64,000 nt of DNA from Selaginella moellendorffii (lineage: Eukaryota; Plantae; Lycopodiophyta). Both the position numbers and the translations under genes were made by a program. Below the pieces are notes generated by a model that saw only the letters and a program-made list of their open reading frames with translations, searched no databases and was not told the DNA's origin. Position 1 is the stretch's first letter. Each line of letters starts with the position of its first letter. Location of the stretch: the NCBI RefSeq assembly GCF_000143415.4, contig NW_003314261.1:930001-994000 (forward strand), given 5' to 3'. Positions 13,605-27,029 of the stretch are shown in pieces.

Positions 13605-14955
13605 CTTGAGCTTGGGCATCCATCTTTTGCTGCTCCATAAACACATTGAGGCTCATCTCCTTGAGATTGAGGCTGCCCTTCATCGGTAGCGTGTTGTCCT
13701 GTGAACTGGACTTAGGGCTGTCGTGGCCAACGACCTTGCTGTCCTCGTCAGCATTGCTCTTCTCGGCTATGGCTGCCGCCTCCGCCTTGACGAGCGTGAG
13801 GGCCTCCATTCCTTCCACACCTGGCGATGACGCGGACGAGGGAGCGTCCATAGCGGTGGCAGCGTTGGATTGCTTGTCGACATGGGAGAGTTTCGAATCC
13901 TCTGGCGGTAGCCTGGGGCCGGTCTTGGGTTCGAGCTTCTTGGGCGAGCTGTTCTTGTCCTTCTTGGGGCCCCTGGGCGGCAAAATTTGCTGTTGCGAGG
14001 AAATATTTTGGGGATTGGGGCTTTGCCCGATCGGTAGCTGCTGCTGGATCGGTGGCGCCCTGGCTTGCTGGATCTGTGGGGTGTAGATGGGATCGGCTGA
14101 AGAGATCGCGGTCGAAGGAGCTAGGAATGGCGAAACTGGCCTAGGTTTTGGACCGGCGGCGTCGGCAGCAGCAGGGGGATCGTACTGCCGAGGCTGTGGA
14201 GGATTGCTGTCGATCTTTCTTGGATTTGTACAGATCGGGGTGAGCTCGGACTGCATCGCGGAATCGGCTTCCATGATCTTCTTTGCCACTGCCGAGCCGG
14301 GGCCATCGGCGGCGGCGATCACCTCTTGCATCGAGATCGATCCAGGCACTTCGAGGCCGAAGAGGAAATCCGGCACGTCTGATACTACTTGCTGCTGGTC
14401 GGGCTGCTCGGTCTGCTGGATCGTGTTGTTGAGCACGTCGAGGAAGCTCTGCTCGTTCCTGGAATCAAACCTCAGCGACGACGTGGGGATCTGGCCGGCG
14501 ATGGCGGCGGCAGTGGAAGGGATCTTTGGGAAGAGGAAGAGGCGGAGCTTGGAAGGGGCCTCTTTGGCATCCAGGCGCTCGTATTCTTCCAGCATCGCCT
14601 CCAGATCGTCGTCGCCGATGACCGAGACGAGCGCGTCGAAATCCTCGTAAGGGAGCTTGTACTTGGGGAGGACGCTGCGGCCTCCACAGATCTTGGCGAG
14701 CTTGACACAGAAATCCGCGTAGGAGATCGTCCGGGGGACGACGAGGATCCGGGTGTCGCCGCCGATGTAGCGGAGCTGGGAGTCGTGTGGGCGCATCATG
14801 ATCCGGCCGCCATAGCTACACATGAGCTTCACCTTTGTGGCGGCGCCGTTCTCGTCCTCGGACTTGATGGACATCTGGTCCGACTCGAGCCGCGGCGACG
14901 AGCACTGTGACAGATTGGAGAGGAATTGCGAGCCAGTGATCGAATCCATGCTCAT
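12874..14955 (-). CDS. PB1-domain protein with poly-Q C-terminus (longer paralogue)
   Basis: Same PB1 signature, plus VPDFLFGLE and long CAG/poly-Q tracts. Confidence 0.9.
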
Positions 14956-15831
14956 CTTGGCCGCTGCTCCTTTACTTGCGCTTCGATCTCAAGCAAAGTA
15001 CCGGTGAGTCTCTCTTTTTTTTTCTCCTCTAAGAGTCACTCTCTTCAAGTTGCTGGACGACAAAAGAGACTATAATTCTTACTAGATTGTCAGCGATTGA
15101 GGAAATGGAAGGCGAGAACAACACGGATCTCTTGACAGCCCCTCGGCCTCTGCGTGGTTTTCAAAGCGATACGTGACACTGACACCGTTCGCTGGCACCT
15201 CCTCCAAATCCATATCTGACTTGAGCTTCCACAACAAGGTAAGACTTCTGGCAAAGTTTCTACACTAAAACGCGCTCGCCCACTCGCTCTCAGGGTTTTT
15301 CTTTCACCCAGTGGATGGAAAAGTAGGAAGGGATTTTATTCTGGAGATTCGGGGCGCACTAAGCGATAGGCCCGCACTGTTCCTGTTAATGGGGCTCTAC
15401 CTAGCGACAGGCTTACGCATTAAGGCGGCTACAAACGTTGAAAAATTTTTATGGAAGGAGCAAGAGAACAAAGAGTTAAGGTTCAACGGAAAACAGGAGC
15501 GCCAACTTGGTTTTTCTATCAATGGTGGTGAGTGAGCACTCGCCTGGTTGTCAATTCGTCGCATTGTCAATCTTACTCACAACCACATTTTGGGCAGATT
15601 CTTCCGCTCAACACGCTCGTCCTTAAACTGTACGAAACGTTTGTCATCTTTATCGCAATCCTGTTTAGCGCTTTCTACAACCCAGATGCGTGGGGGAGAA
15701 GCTTCGAGCTTTCTGTAAGTTTCTGGACGTTCTGTACGGTGCTTACTGTTCCTTTGGCCTCGAGCTTTCTGTAAGTTTTTGGAAGTTCTGTAGATGCATG
15801 GTGCTTACTGTTTTTCCTTCATCAGCCGCGA

Positions 15832-17991
15832 TCAAGTTTGCCTCAACACGTTTCCGAGCATCACATAAGGTGCGGACCTCTTCGTTTTTAGTTGGAAAAA
15901 ACTTCTAGCTGCATTGAGACCGCTCCCGACGTCACTGACACCCCTGGACGCTCCAAGAATGCAGACCCAGTCGCAGGTGTTTGGATGGAAAGGCATGGTG
16001 AGAACGAGCTCCCGCGCATCATCCAGATGCCTCGCGCGAGCAAGCAAGTCGATCAAGCAGCTGTAGTGAGCCTTCCTCGGCTCCATCTGGTAATCCACAA
16101 TCATGCTCGTGAAGTAGCTCCAGCCAGTCTTGACGCTCCCTTTGTGATTGCAGGCAGCCATGAGCTTGACAAAGCACAGGGGATCCGGCTCTACGCCTTC
16201 TACCACCATCGCATGAAACAGGTAGAAGCTCAAATCGAATCTCAGGCTTCTCGAGCACAGGGTCAGCATGACAGTCCAGCACACAACATCGCCACGCTCT
16301 GGAATCCGCGAGAAGATCTTACTGCCAGTTGGGAGCTGCCCCTCTTGAGCATACGCGCCAAGCATTGCAGTCCAAGACACAGTGTCACGGATCAACAAGT
16401 TGTCAAACAGTTTCTTCGCATCGCCTAGATGCCCGGTTTGGGCATACGCAGAGATCATCGAGTTCCAAGACTCCAAATTGCGATCCAGCATTCCAGAAAA
16501 GAGTGACTTCGCCTCGATCAGATGCCCTCTTTGGGCATAGCTTGCTAATATGGTGTTCCACGCGGTCAACGTTCTCACGGGCATTTGGTCAAACGCGGTC
16601 TTGGCCCGGTCAAAGAGACCGTGCTTACCATACATGGTCAACAGTATGGTCCAGGAGACCGCATTTTTACACGGCCCTGGAATATTGTCAAACAAAGCTT
16701 TGGCATTTGTTGTATCTCCACTCTTTGCAAATGCCCACAGCAAGGTCGTCCATGACACGGAATCTTTTGCATCCATTTTATCGAAGAAGCGGCAAGCCTC
16801 GGGGATATTCCCGCTCCGGGCATATGCTAAGAGCATCGCGTTCCACACGATGAGGCTTGCTACGGGCATCTTGTCGAAAATAGCTTTAGCCGCCGAATGA
16901 TTCCCAACTTGGGCATATGCTACCACCATGGTTGTACAGCTTACAATATCCTTACAAGGCATTTCACGAAATAGAACGTTTGCCTCCAAAAGATTCCCCG
17001 AACGAGCATTTGCGAAGATCATGGCGTTGTAGCTGATAAGATCCCTTTGTGGCATACTCTCAAACAGCTTCCTAGCATTCTCAAGATTCCCATTCTCGGC
17101 ATATGCCGTAAGAATAACTGTAAAGGAGATCAAGTCTCTAGTTTTCATGGAATCGAAAATTCGTCTTGCTTCTTCCAATTGCCCAAAGCGGACGTAAGCT
17201 AGTAGCATAGACGTCCACGAAACCAAATCCCAGTTTGGCATCTTATGAGTAAAGAGGAATACTGTGTGCTCGAGTGATCCATGCTGAGCATACAGTGCGA
17301 GATATATATTCCAAGAAGAATGTCCATGCGGCATTCTTTCAAATAGATCTTCAGCCTTTTGCAAATACCCCATTCGGGCATATGCTGACAACATACCATT
17401 CCAGCATGGAAGATCCCAACATGGCATCTTGAAAAATATTCTCTCGGCATTTCCTATGTACTCTTGTTGTGATACTGCTAAAAAAATTGTTGTAAATGTT
17501 ACTATGCTCCACGCGGGCATAGCGTAAAAGAAGAATCTTAAACTTTCAAGATGCCCTGTTTGGGCAAATGCCAGAAGCATGGAGTTCCAGGAAACCAGAT
17601 CTGGCCGTTGGATCGCGTGGAACAATCTGGACGCTTCATCCAGCTGGCCGTTCCTGCCGTACAGGTGAAGCAGCGAGTTGTACGATACGAGGTCGTGCTG
17701 GGGCATCTCGTCGAAGAGGGCGCGCGCGTCGCGGAGATTATCGTCGCGCGCGAATGCCGCGAGCATGATGTTCCAGGAGAAGATGTTCTTGGGATCGATC
17801 GAGTCGAAAATCTCCCTCCTCGCGTCGATCGGGCTCGCCATCTTGGCGTAATTCTGGAGGACACGATTGGCGAGGAGAGTGTAGGATCTGGATTCTAGGG
17901 CATTGGCATTGCGCTGGAGGAGACGATGGACGTGGCGCGCTTGGGAGGGAGTGACGCACGACTGGATGAGGTCTTGGAAATGCGCTTCCAT
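15832..17991 (-). CDS. PLS-class pentatricopeptide repeat protein with E domain (no DYW)
   Basis: Many 31-aa repeats (DLVSWNSML.AYA..G.L.EA..LF..MP). Ends with HYSCLIDLLARA..ELVLTMPFHP..W..ILGA E-type motif. Confidence 0.93.
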   Translation of the reverse strand: MEAHFQDLIQSCVTPSQARHVHRLLQRNANALESRSYTLLANRVLQNYAKMASPIDARREIFDSIDPKNIFSWNIMLAAFARDDNLRDARALFDEMPQHDLVSYNSLLHLYGRNGQLDEASRLFHAIQRPDLVSWNSMLLAFAQTGHLESLRFFFYAMPAWSIVTFTTIFLAVSQQEYIGNAERIFFKMPCWDLPCWNGMLSAYARMGYLQKAEDLFERMPHGHSSWNIYLALYAQHGSLEHTVFLFTHKMPNWDLVSWTSMLLAYVRFGQLEEARRIFDSMKTRDLISFTVILTAYAENGNLENARKLFESMPQRDLISYNAMIFANARSGNLLEANVLFREMPCKDIVSCTTMVVAYAQVGNHSAAKAIFDKMPVASLIVWNAMLLAYARSGNIPEACRFFDKMDAKDSVSWTTLLWAFAKSGDTTNAKALFDNIPGPCKNAVSWTILLTMYGKHGLFDRAKTAFDQMPVRTLTAWNTILASYAQRGHLIEAKSLFSGMLDRNLESWNSMISAYAQTGHLGDAKKLFDNLLIRDTVSWTAMLGAYAQEGQLPTGSKIFSRIPERGDVVCWTVMLTLCSRSLRFDLSFYLFHAMVVEGVEPDPLCFVKLMAACNHKGSVKTGWSYFTSMIVDYQMEPRKAHYSCLIDLLARARHLDDARELVLTMPFHPNTCDWVCILGASRGVSDVGSGLNAARSFFQLKTKRSAPYVMLGNVLRQT

Positions 17992-18163
17992 ATAAAGATC
18001 TGGGGTTCGAATCCTTTGCTTTTGGCACTAGGGCATGGCTTTTGGAGGGTTTGCGATTGAGCGTGGGAGCTGCGACTAGGTATGGATTTCCCGGCTCGTG
18101 ATTTCGATTCGATGCCAATGCGCTTGTGCCAGGCGAGGACGAGGGCGCCGCGCTAATCCAGCT

Positions 18164-21100
18164 ATGGCCGTCCACTTCAAGTTCCGGAGCGCTGTGGCAT
18201 ACGATTCGATCAGCCTCGATGACCTACACATCTCGGTGCGAAATCTCAAGCAGCGGATTGTGGAGCACAAGAATCTCGCGAGCAACAGAACCATAGATTT
18301 CGACCTTGTCATTACAGATTCCCAGACTGGAGAAGGTTTGCGATTCAATCCATTCTTTGGTCTTCTCTCGTACTGACGAGAATGTGTCTTTTGTAGAATA
18401 TCGAGATGAGAACTCTCTTGTTCCAAGGAACACGAGTGTCATCATCAAGCGTGTTCCCGCTGTTAGATCTAAACAAGTTTTACAAGCTTTTGACCCGTGA
18501 GTGGACTTTTTCTTTTCTTCATTCTTCTAGTGCGCCGCTAATTATTCGATGCAGGCCCAAAGTGCCTCCCAATTCAAGTGCTACTGCTCCTGTAGCTCGT
18601 CCACCTGTTGTAAGTTTCAGACTGGCTTCTGAGTCCTTTTCAGTAATCTGGATGATCCTTTTTTTCTGTCAGAAATCCGATGTCGAACCGGACGACTTTG
18701 GGATGGATCTCTTTGCAACTCCAGCGCCTGTGCCTGCTGCCAAGGCGGAGGAGGATGCCAAAATAGTGGAAATGGTTTCGAAGTCAACTTTGGAGTGGCA
18801 AAGGTGATCTTTTCTCGGTCGCTTTTCTGTTTTATTTGATGTAGTGATTTTGTTCAGGTTTGAAAATCCGTCTTTTGTTCCCCGTGGAGGAGGAAAAGGC
18901 AGAGGTAGCCTGTGCTTGCTAATTTGCGCTTAGTTTACTCACATTGGTTGTTTCAGGTCGTGGCTCAGGAGGTCCTCCTGCTGGATATGTTTGTCATCGT
19001 TGTGGTCAGCCAGGTAAGAAGTTGTTCGTTACGCTCATTCGGAGTTTCTTAGTTGATTGTATTCAGGCCATTTTATACAACAGTGTCCAACAAATGGTGA
19101 TCCGAATTACGACATCAAGAAAGTGAGGCTCCCAGTTGGTATTCCAAGGACACGCTTGAGACTCGACCAAGAAGGTTCATATGTGCTACCCGACGGTTCA
19201 GTGGCGATGATGCAACCGGACGAGTACGTGATTTATTTGGAATGACTATTTCTCGTGCTGACACTTTGCTACAGAAATTTGTTTGCGAAAGAGGCGAATG
19301 CTTTACTCTCCGTAAAGCCAACGACAGAGGCACCTTCGGAACTTCGATGTCCACTTTGTCGCTCGACATTTAAAGACGCTGTGATGATTCCTTGTTGCCA
19401 ATACAGTTTTTGCGATAAGTGTAAGCCCCATCCAAAATTTCCTTGTTTGATGGTGCCAACTGTTTCTGTGCGTTTCTTCAGGTATAAGACAGAACCTCAT
19501 GTTGAAGGGACAATGCCCTCAGTGTGGTTCAGCGAGATTCAAAAATGATGACTTGCTGCCAAACATTGCTTTACGGCAGGCTATTGACAAATTTATGCAG
19601 TCGCAAACGCTTTCGACTACCGGGGATCAAGGTGTAGCAATACCTGGTAAGCGTTTATACTTTAGAAAAGGCTTCTTATTGTTGGATCATGCTATGCAGA
19701 TGGGGACTCTACCGCGCAACACGTCATTTCTCTGTCAGAGTCGAAGCACTCTGCTGATGATAACGTTGAGGCCGGTAAAGCAAGGGAAGCCTCGTCAGGT
19801 GTAGTCAATGCAGAGAGTAGTGTGGCTAACAAGACGGATGCAAATTCACATCCTGTAATACCGAAGGATGCCTCTGGAAGTCTCAACCCGGAAGGCAACG
19901 AGGCACTTAGAGACCTTGGAGATGGGGGAAAAACTTCTGAGCCCTTTGTTCATAAGGGCGCAGATGAGATAGCTCTGGAGTCTGAGGTTAGCAAAGGTGT
20001 GTCTTTCAAACTTTGGGAAGTTAATCCTCAGCTGCACTTCTTGGAGCCTCCGGTTCTCGTTCTCGTTCCCTTTGCTTCTGTTTCCTACATTTTAGATAGG
20101 TAGATTTGAGCTGTCGCGTGACTTCTCGAGTTTTTCGAAGTCGACCGCAACAGGTTTATGTTCTAAGTCGGTTCCTGGTTTGGCTGCCTACTCAGGTGAA
20201 CAAGAACTATTGAATGGTTGCGACTAACATTTTTGTTGTTTGGCTATCTCAGGCAAGAAAAAGAAGAAGCGGGCTCGTGGTATGAATTCGGGTAAGTGCT
20301 TCTCTTCATTTTGCTTTTGTTGTTGGAATGTTTGCTCACTTTAGTATTTTGCTATAGTGGATGGAGGCGGTGTGGACGCTAGTGGCAAGGTAGTTTAGCC
20401 ACTTGCTGATCTTTGGGTTTCGTACTTACGTTTCATATATGGCAGGGCGAGCGTTTTTGTTATCAGTGTGGCGAGGCTGGCCATCTTGCGAAAGACTGCG
20501 TTGAAAATGCTGGAGCATATCCACCACATCCTGGCATGTTTCCGCCAGGCGAGTCTGACTATCTCTTTCCGTGACGATCTTGTCTTAACGCTTGTAGTCT
20601 ATCAGGTGGAGCTTTTCCAATGGGGCCATACGGTCCGGATATGTTTTGGCCTGGACCGCCTGTACCACCGTTTCTCCCAGGCTACGCCGATGGAATGTAT
20701 GGCCCTGGCCTTGGACCTGTGCCACCACCTGGAGCGTATCAGATCCCTCCTTGCGTGCCACCTCCGTACGCAAGTATTCCTCCCATGCATTGGTACGTTC
20801 CTTTCTTTCTGGAATAGAAAGAATCTAACGTCTAATTTGTTGAACAGGTTCGGTGATCATCCCGGTATGATGGGTGGCGACATGCCGCTGAGCAGGGAGG
20901 ACTTTATGAAACTCAAGGAAGAAGAACACAACCGACGATCTAGAAATGACCACAGGTATGTATATGTATTTACTGTGTCGGGTTTTAGAAACACGGTTGT
21001 GGTGCTCGCAGAGGTGACTGGTCCCAAAGCAGCACTCGTGGAAGATCACCTCCACAAGACTCGAGACGTGGAAGGTCACCTCCAAAAGACTCGAGACACG

Positions 21101-21834
21101 GCCGTCCTTCCGAAAGCCGAGACCGCAGGAATGGCAGTGTGGAGAGGCATCACAAAAAGCCCGAGGCCGACTACGATTCCACGAGGAACTACTCTGACAG
21201 AGAGAGGTCTGACAGGGAGAGAACCTCGGCCAAGCAGTACAACAAGGAGCGGGACTACGAAAGTGCCCGGCGCTATGCAGACGAGCAGCGTCACAAGGAA
21301 GAGCGGCGCAGCAAATTCAGCTCTAAACCGGAAGAGGCACCACCACCAGCGTCAAGTCGACGATCCCAGGAGAAAGACAGCAAGAGAAGCGACCAGCCAC
21401 ACACTAGCAGATCATCCGAGAGCGCCAGGAACAAGCAGCACGAGAAGACGTCTAAACCACCGTCCGAGAAGACGTCCGAGAGCTCGAGGAGCAAGCACTA
21501 CAGCGAGAGGGAGGCCGAGATCACGAGCACGGACGAGAAGAGAAAGGAGGAGAGCAGGAAACGAAGGAACAGATCGCGGGAGATCGAGGAGGAGAAGACC
21601 CGGAGCTCTTACGATGACAAGAAGCCCCGGGAAGATCGAAGCAGCAGGAGCTATCTACCTTCGCGAGATCATCACTCGGAGGATCACCACTCTCGTCAAT
21701 CGGAGAGCTCTCGCAGTAGCAGGCATCACCACTCGGAAGCTAGCGACGATCTCGCTCGGTGGCGACCAGATCACTACGAGGAGGATCGATACAGGCATAC
21801 CAGCAGTAGTGGACGACACCACCATCGGCGATAA
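18164..21834 (+). CDS. DWNN-domain, zinc-knuckle, RING E3 ligase (RBBP6/Mpe1-like), multi-exon
   Basis: MAVHFKFRSA DWNN domain, YVCHRCGQPGHFIQQCPTNGDP knuckle, ELRCPLC..DAVMIPCCQYSFCDKC RING, second CCHC knuckle, RS-rich tail. Confidence 0.92.
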
Positions 21835-21947
21835 GCTCTTTTCCAAGTTCCGGAAGAGCGAAGAACAAAAGTTCTCTATTTAACTAGGTCCCATTTAATT
21901 TGAAAGAAATGTATTCCATTTCGCCCTAATCACTTTGAGTGGGAGCT

Positions 21948-24092
21948 ATGGCGCTTGCGACGTTCTTGCTTGTCTTGTCGGCGATCGCCGGGATTTCATC
22001 GCTCGAGGATGCGTTTCTCCGCGAGATTTCGACGGCGCGGCCTCGGCACCAGGCCGAGCAGATGATCCGGGCTATGAATTTGCTGCCGCATGTCGACGAT
22101 TCCGCGGAGGATTCTTCTCCGGAGCTGGAAATGTCGGTGGAACGTCTTGTGGAGCGCCGGGTTGAGCTGGGAATCAAGGGCGATTCCGAGTCCGAGGTCA
22201 CGGTGGAGGATCTTGGACACCATGCGGGATATTTCAAGCTGGAGGGCACGCACTCCGCGAGGTAAAGCGATTTCTTTCCATCTCTTGCGCGCGATGAGAG
22301 AATACGCATGGCAGGATGTTCTACTTCTTCTTTGAGTCGCGACGGAATCGATCGAAGGACCCTCTTGTCCTTTGGATGACCGGCGGCCCGGGCTGTGGCA
22401 GCGAGGTCGCTCTCTTTTATGAGAATGGGCCGTTTCACATCGCCAAGAATCTATCTCTCTACTGGAACAAGTATGGCTGGGACAAGGTGAGCTACTTGAT
22501 AGAGAACTGGGTTTCTGTCTCGTTTCGGTAGAGAATGTGGTTTCTTTTCGGCGATCTCATGCTGCTTTTTTGCCAGGTTTCCAACATCATCTTTGTCGAT
22601 CAACCAATTGGAACGGGATTTAGCTATAGCAGTGACGTTCGAGATATCAGGCACGATGAGAAAGGCGTGAGCAAGGATATGTATGATTTTCTCGAGGTAC
22701 TTTCACCACTTTTTTTTTCTCTTCGTCTACTATTTATGTTTCCTTCTCTGTCATGAACAGGCATTCTTCAAGAAGCATCCCGAGTATGCTGACCGGGATT
22801 TCTATGTCACCGGAGAATCTTACGCTGGCCATTATATCCCCGCTGTTGCAACTAACATCCACGATCACAACAAGAAGAAAGATGGCATCACCATCAACCT
22901 CAAGGTCGGTCGTGTGGAACATTTAGTACGTTATCGTGGATCGGGTACTTTTAATTGTTGCAGGGCGTGGCAATCGGGAATGGGCTTACACAGCCGGAGA
23001 TCCAGTACGAGGCTTATGGTGACTACGCGTTGGAGATGAAACTCATCAATGAGGACCAATACAAGAAGATCAGCAAGATTTATCCGGTTTGTAGCGTGGC
23101 TGTCAAGCTCTGCGGTGAGTTTGTCACTCTGGGAATGAAACGATGGCTTATAATGTGCGTTTTGCAGGAGAGAAGGGGACTGTGACTTGCCTTGCAGCTT
23201 TGCTTATCTGCCAGACGATTTTTCAGTCCATCTTATCTATAGCTGGTAACATAAACGTAAGCATCTGTTCGGTTCTGGAAATGTCATCTATGGTTTTAAC
23301 GTTTCCCTTCGCAGTACTACGACATAAGGAAGCCATGCGTGGGCCAACTTTGCTACGACTTCTCGGCCATGGAGGAGTTCCTCAACCAAGATTCCACCCG
23401 AGTCGCCTTGGGTGTGAGGAACCGCACCTTCGTCTCATGCAACCCCGTGGTCTACGAAGCTATGCTCGTCGACTGGATGCGAAACCTGGAAGTGGGAATC
23501 CCAGCTCTTCTGGAAGATGGCATCAAGCTGCTCGTGTACGCAGGCGAATACGATCTCATTTGCAACTGGCTCGGTAAGCTACCATTTCACTCATGAACAG
23601 CCTCGTCGATAAGTTCGTTTCTAAAATGCAGGAAACTCTCGCTGGGTCACTGCCATGGATTGGTCCGGCCAGCAATCTTACGCGGAGGCATCGTGGGAGG
23701 ATTTTAGCGTGGATGGCGAGACGGCAGGCTCGGTCTCTGGCTATGGTCCCTTGACCTTCCTCAAGGTATGTTTCTACAAACATCTGGTTCGTTTTCTAGT
23801 TCTTTTGCTTAGTAGTTCTTTAGATGATAGAACTCTAGTTCTATAGTTCTAGTTCTTTAGATGATAGAACTCTAGTTCAATAGTTCTAGAGTGTTCTAGA
23901 GTGAGTTTTCTTTGACTTGGCAAGTTCTGAAGAACTTTTCCTCAGGTCCATGACGCGGGGCATATGGTGCCGATGGATCAACCAAAGAACTCGCTGGAAA
24001 TGATCTCGCGATGGATGAAAGGAGATTCGCTTGCTAGGGGAAAAGAAGAGATGGCCATAGACGAGGAGGCTTTCTTGGTAGAGACCTTTTGA
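21948..24092 (+). CDS. Serine carboxypeptidase-like (SCPL48/49-type)
   Basis: Signal peptide, [40 protein letters not shown] and [13 protein letters not shown]. Confidence 0.95.
23812..23900. repeat. Short tandem duplication inside an SCPL intron
   Basis: TAGTTCTTTAGATGATAGAACTCTAGTTC occurs twice, with additional TAGTTCTA units. Confidence 0.75.
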
Positions 24093-24290
24093 GAAGAACG
24101 TAGCGAACCTGGCGTGAAGAACAGAGTCCCCTGTTTTAATCAAAGGAGGCGTTTGGAGTTCGATTCCTTGAGTCTAGTGTAGGGTTTGGGGAAACGCAGC
24201 GTGTTGGAAGAGGAGAGGCGCGAATCGATCAATGCTCCAGGGGTTCACGAGCGCTGCCCAGGGATTCGCGAGATTTACCAGTGGCGCCTC

Positions 24291-25599
24291 ATGTCTGCCA
24301 AGATCGTGAGCGCTGCCAAGCAAGCTGAGTTACTCAAGGAGCAGGGAAATCTCTACTTCAAGAAGGAGCGCCTCTCAGCTGCGATCGATGCCTACACCGA
24401 GGTACGCTGCGCTGCTCTTGATCGGGAAATCGCTCCAGTGGATCGGTATTTCGCGTGTGTTCCAGGCGATTACGCTGTGCCCGGACGTTCCAGTCTACTG
24501 GACCAATCGCGCGCTGTGCTATCAGAGAAAGGGGTAGAGTTTTTTCTTCTCTTTGTTTCTAGTGAGGAAGCGATTGTTTTGGCAGTGACTGGGAGAGAGT
24601 AGAGGCTGATTGCTCGAAAGCATTGGAGCTTGACAAGGCTTCGGTCAAGGTTGGTGAGTAGCTTTAGCGTTCTAGAAAGCTTCAAATCTACTGTGTTGTG
24701 GGATTCCAGGCTCATTACATGCTGGGACTGGCCTTGCTGAATAGCCAACACTATGCCGAAGCTATCAAGCAACTCGAGAAGGTAGAACGCAAAGAACATC
24801 CTTTTCCACTTCTTTTGAAGATTTTCTTCTTTTCGTTTCTCTCTCGCAGGCTCTTGACTTGGGGGGAGGTGCCAATCCCGCGGCTTACATGGTCGAGCAG
24901 ATCTGGCAGGAGCTTTCAAAGGCGAGGTACACGCAATGGGAAGTCGCGACCGCCGCAAGGCGGGCAAAGCAAAAGGAGATAAGGTACTGTGCGGTGTGAT
25001 TCGTGGCCGGTTTACGAGTCAGATGGATCCATTTATCAGAGAAATGTGTGAAGTCGCAGCCAAACGCGAGTACGATGAGGCGGTAGCCGCGAGAGCAGCG
25101 GCCGAGACTCCAATGGAAGACGACGACATTGTTGAGAGTGACGAGAGCGAATGGAAGGCCATCTCTAGATTGCGTGAAATCTATCAAGAAAAGCTTCGCA
25201 CCATCGCTGATATTTTCAACAAAGCTGCAGAATCAGATATCCCATCCGAGGTACATACATTTTCGTTTTCTAAGATCAATCCAACACGCGTTTTCTCTTT
25301 TTCACTTTTAGATTCCAGAGCACCTATGCTGCAAGATCACCATGGACGTGTTTAGAGATCCCGTGATCACGCCCAGTGGAGTGAGCTACGAAAGAGCCGT
25401 CCTCTTGGAGCACCTGAGAAAGGTGAGAAGAAACTCCTCTCTTTTCTTTCTCTGAAAAAGTTCTTCACAGGTTGGCAAATTCGATCCATGGACAAGAGCT
25501 CCCTTGGAGCCGGAGCAAATAGTCTCAAACCTGGCGCTCAAGGAAGCAGTGCAAGCGTATATGTTAGATCATGGCTGGGCTTACAAGCCTTACTATTAA
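24291..25599 (+). CDS. CHIP: TPR + U-box E3 ubiquitin ligase CHIP
   Basis: LKEQGNLYFKKER..AAIDAYTEAI TPR and IPEHLCCKITMDVFRDPVITPSGVSYER U-box. Ends HGWAYK. Confidence 0.93.
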
Positions 25600-27029
25600 A
25601 CTCCATTGTTTAATAGTGGGGTTTAGGGTTTATAGCAACACATCCACTGCGCGTCCAAGGCTGTGTTTCACTGTTATGGCGCGCTTGGGGACGAGGATTT
25701 AAGAACCCAGAAAAATGGCAACAAAAACGATGACAATCGGATCCAGTATGCCAAACGCATAGAGTCGATGGCTATCAAGTATAGGCCTAAGAGATTCATC
25801 AAGTTCTCGATGGCTAGCTGGTTCTCGTAGCGCGCAGGAAAACTTTGTTTGCAAGTTTTTCACCTTTGGGATACGAGGGATGGTTTGCATAATGAAGTTT
25901 GGAACTCCTTGCTCCACGGCATGCTGTGGACGAAGGCGGTTAACATTCTCAGTGTCATCCCCGGACTCGTCGAGTCTGAACAAGCTTGTCCTTCCAAACG
26001 TCCCCGAAAGTGAATTTCCGTTCTCTCAGCAACAAGAGCATTGGCTCTCTCAGCGGCAAGGTTGCCACTTGAGAGCTCCCAAGTTCACAGAGGAGGGCCA
26101 ACAGAATCCTCACGAGTAATGACATGAGCAGAGTGGCTGAGGGAACCTATGTTGTTTCCTACCGGTGGAATGGTCAGGATCTTAAAGCGGAACATGGTAC
26201 TCTGAAGCTCTGTGAAGGGCTTCTGCACATCATGTGTGGCAATAAGATCATCTCTGAGGCTCCGGACTCTCCATGAACGTGAAATCAACATGTGCATGAA
26301 ATTGGAAGAGTAGTTTCACCCAACGGTTTCCCAAACATGAGGTTTTTCTCTCACTAATTTCGATCGATGGTGGTTTTGTGTAGGCACTTATTCAAGCGAG
26401 ATTATCTTCGCTTTGTATGCTGCGATTGGGGCCTTAAAAACTGTCCTTATAGTTTCATCGAATCCATTGATCATCCATTGAGCCCGGAAGATCTCCACAT
26501 TTCCAGATCTCTTGCAGGTTTTCTGATTTTCTTGGCTGGATTCTTGCTTACAAAATTCCCTTGTCAATTGAATTTAAGCAGGTTGGTCTTGCATATGGAA
26601 CTAGCAGGGATTTTGATGAGGGAAAACGTTGGTGCTCTTCACTTAGTTGAAGTAAGCTTTAACAAAATTGTTATTATGTAAAGTCGTTCACACATGGACA
26701 TTAAGAATGAAACAGATTAACAAATGAAAAGTTATTAGTGGAAGTTTTTCTGCCACCCAGGCACCCGAGCTCCAGAGCTCACCCAACTGTTAGAGATTCT
26801 CAGTGGTCAATGAGCTTGGTGTGCACAACAAGTGAAACATTGTGACTTTTGTTGGAAAAGCCAGTCAAAAAGTGTTTAAAAGTTTCTTTTTAGCGAAGTG
26901 AGATCCATGCTCTAGGAAAGCCTACGGAATTTAAAGGTGGCAATTTTCCTCTTCGAGATTACAAAACACCTGTTCAGATCATGGCTCATCCCTCAATAGT
27001 GGCATGCAAAGCAGAAAGCTCCAAACCCT

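Noticed and set aside
20468-21883. 471-aa ORF as a separate gene
   Set aside because: It is an alternative frame across exons and introns of the RBBP6-like gene.
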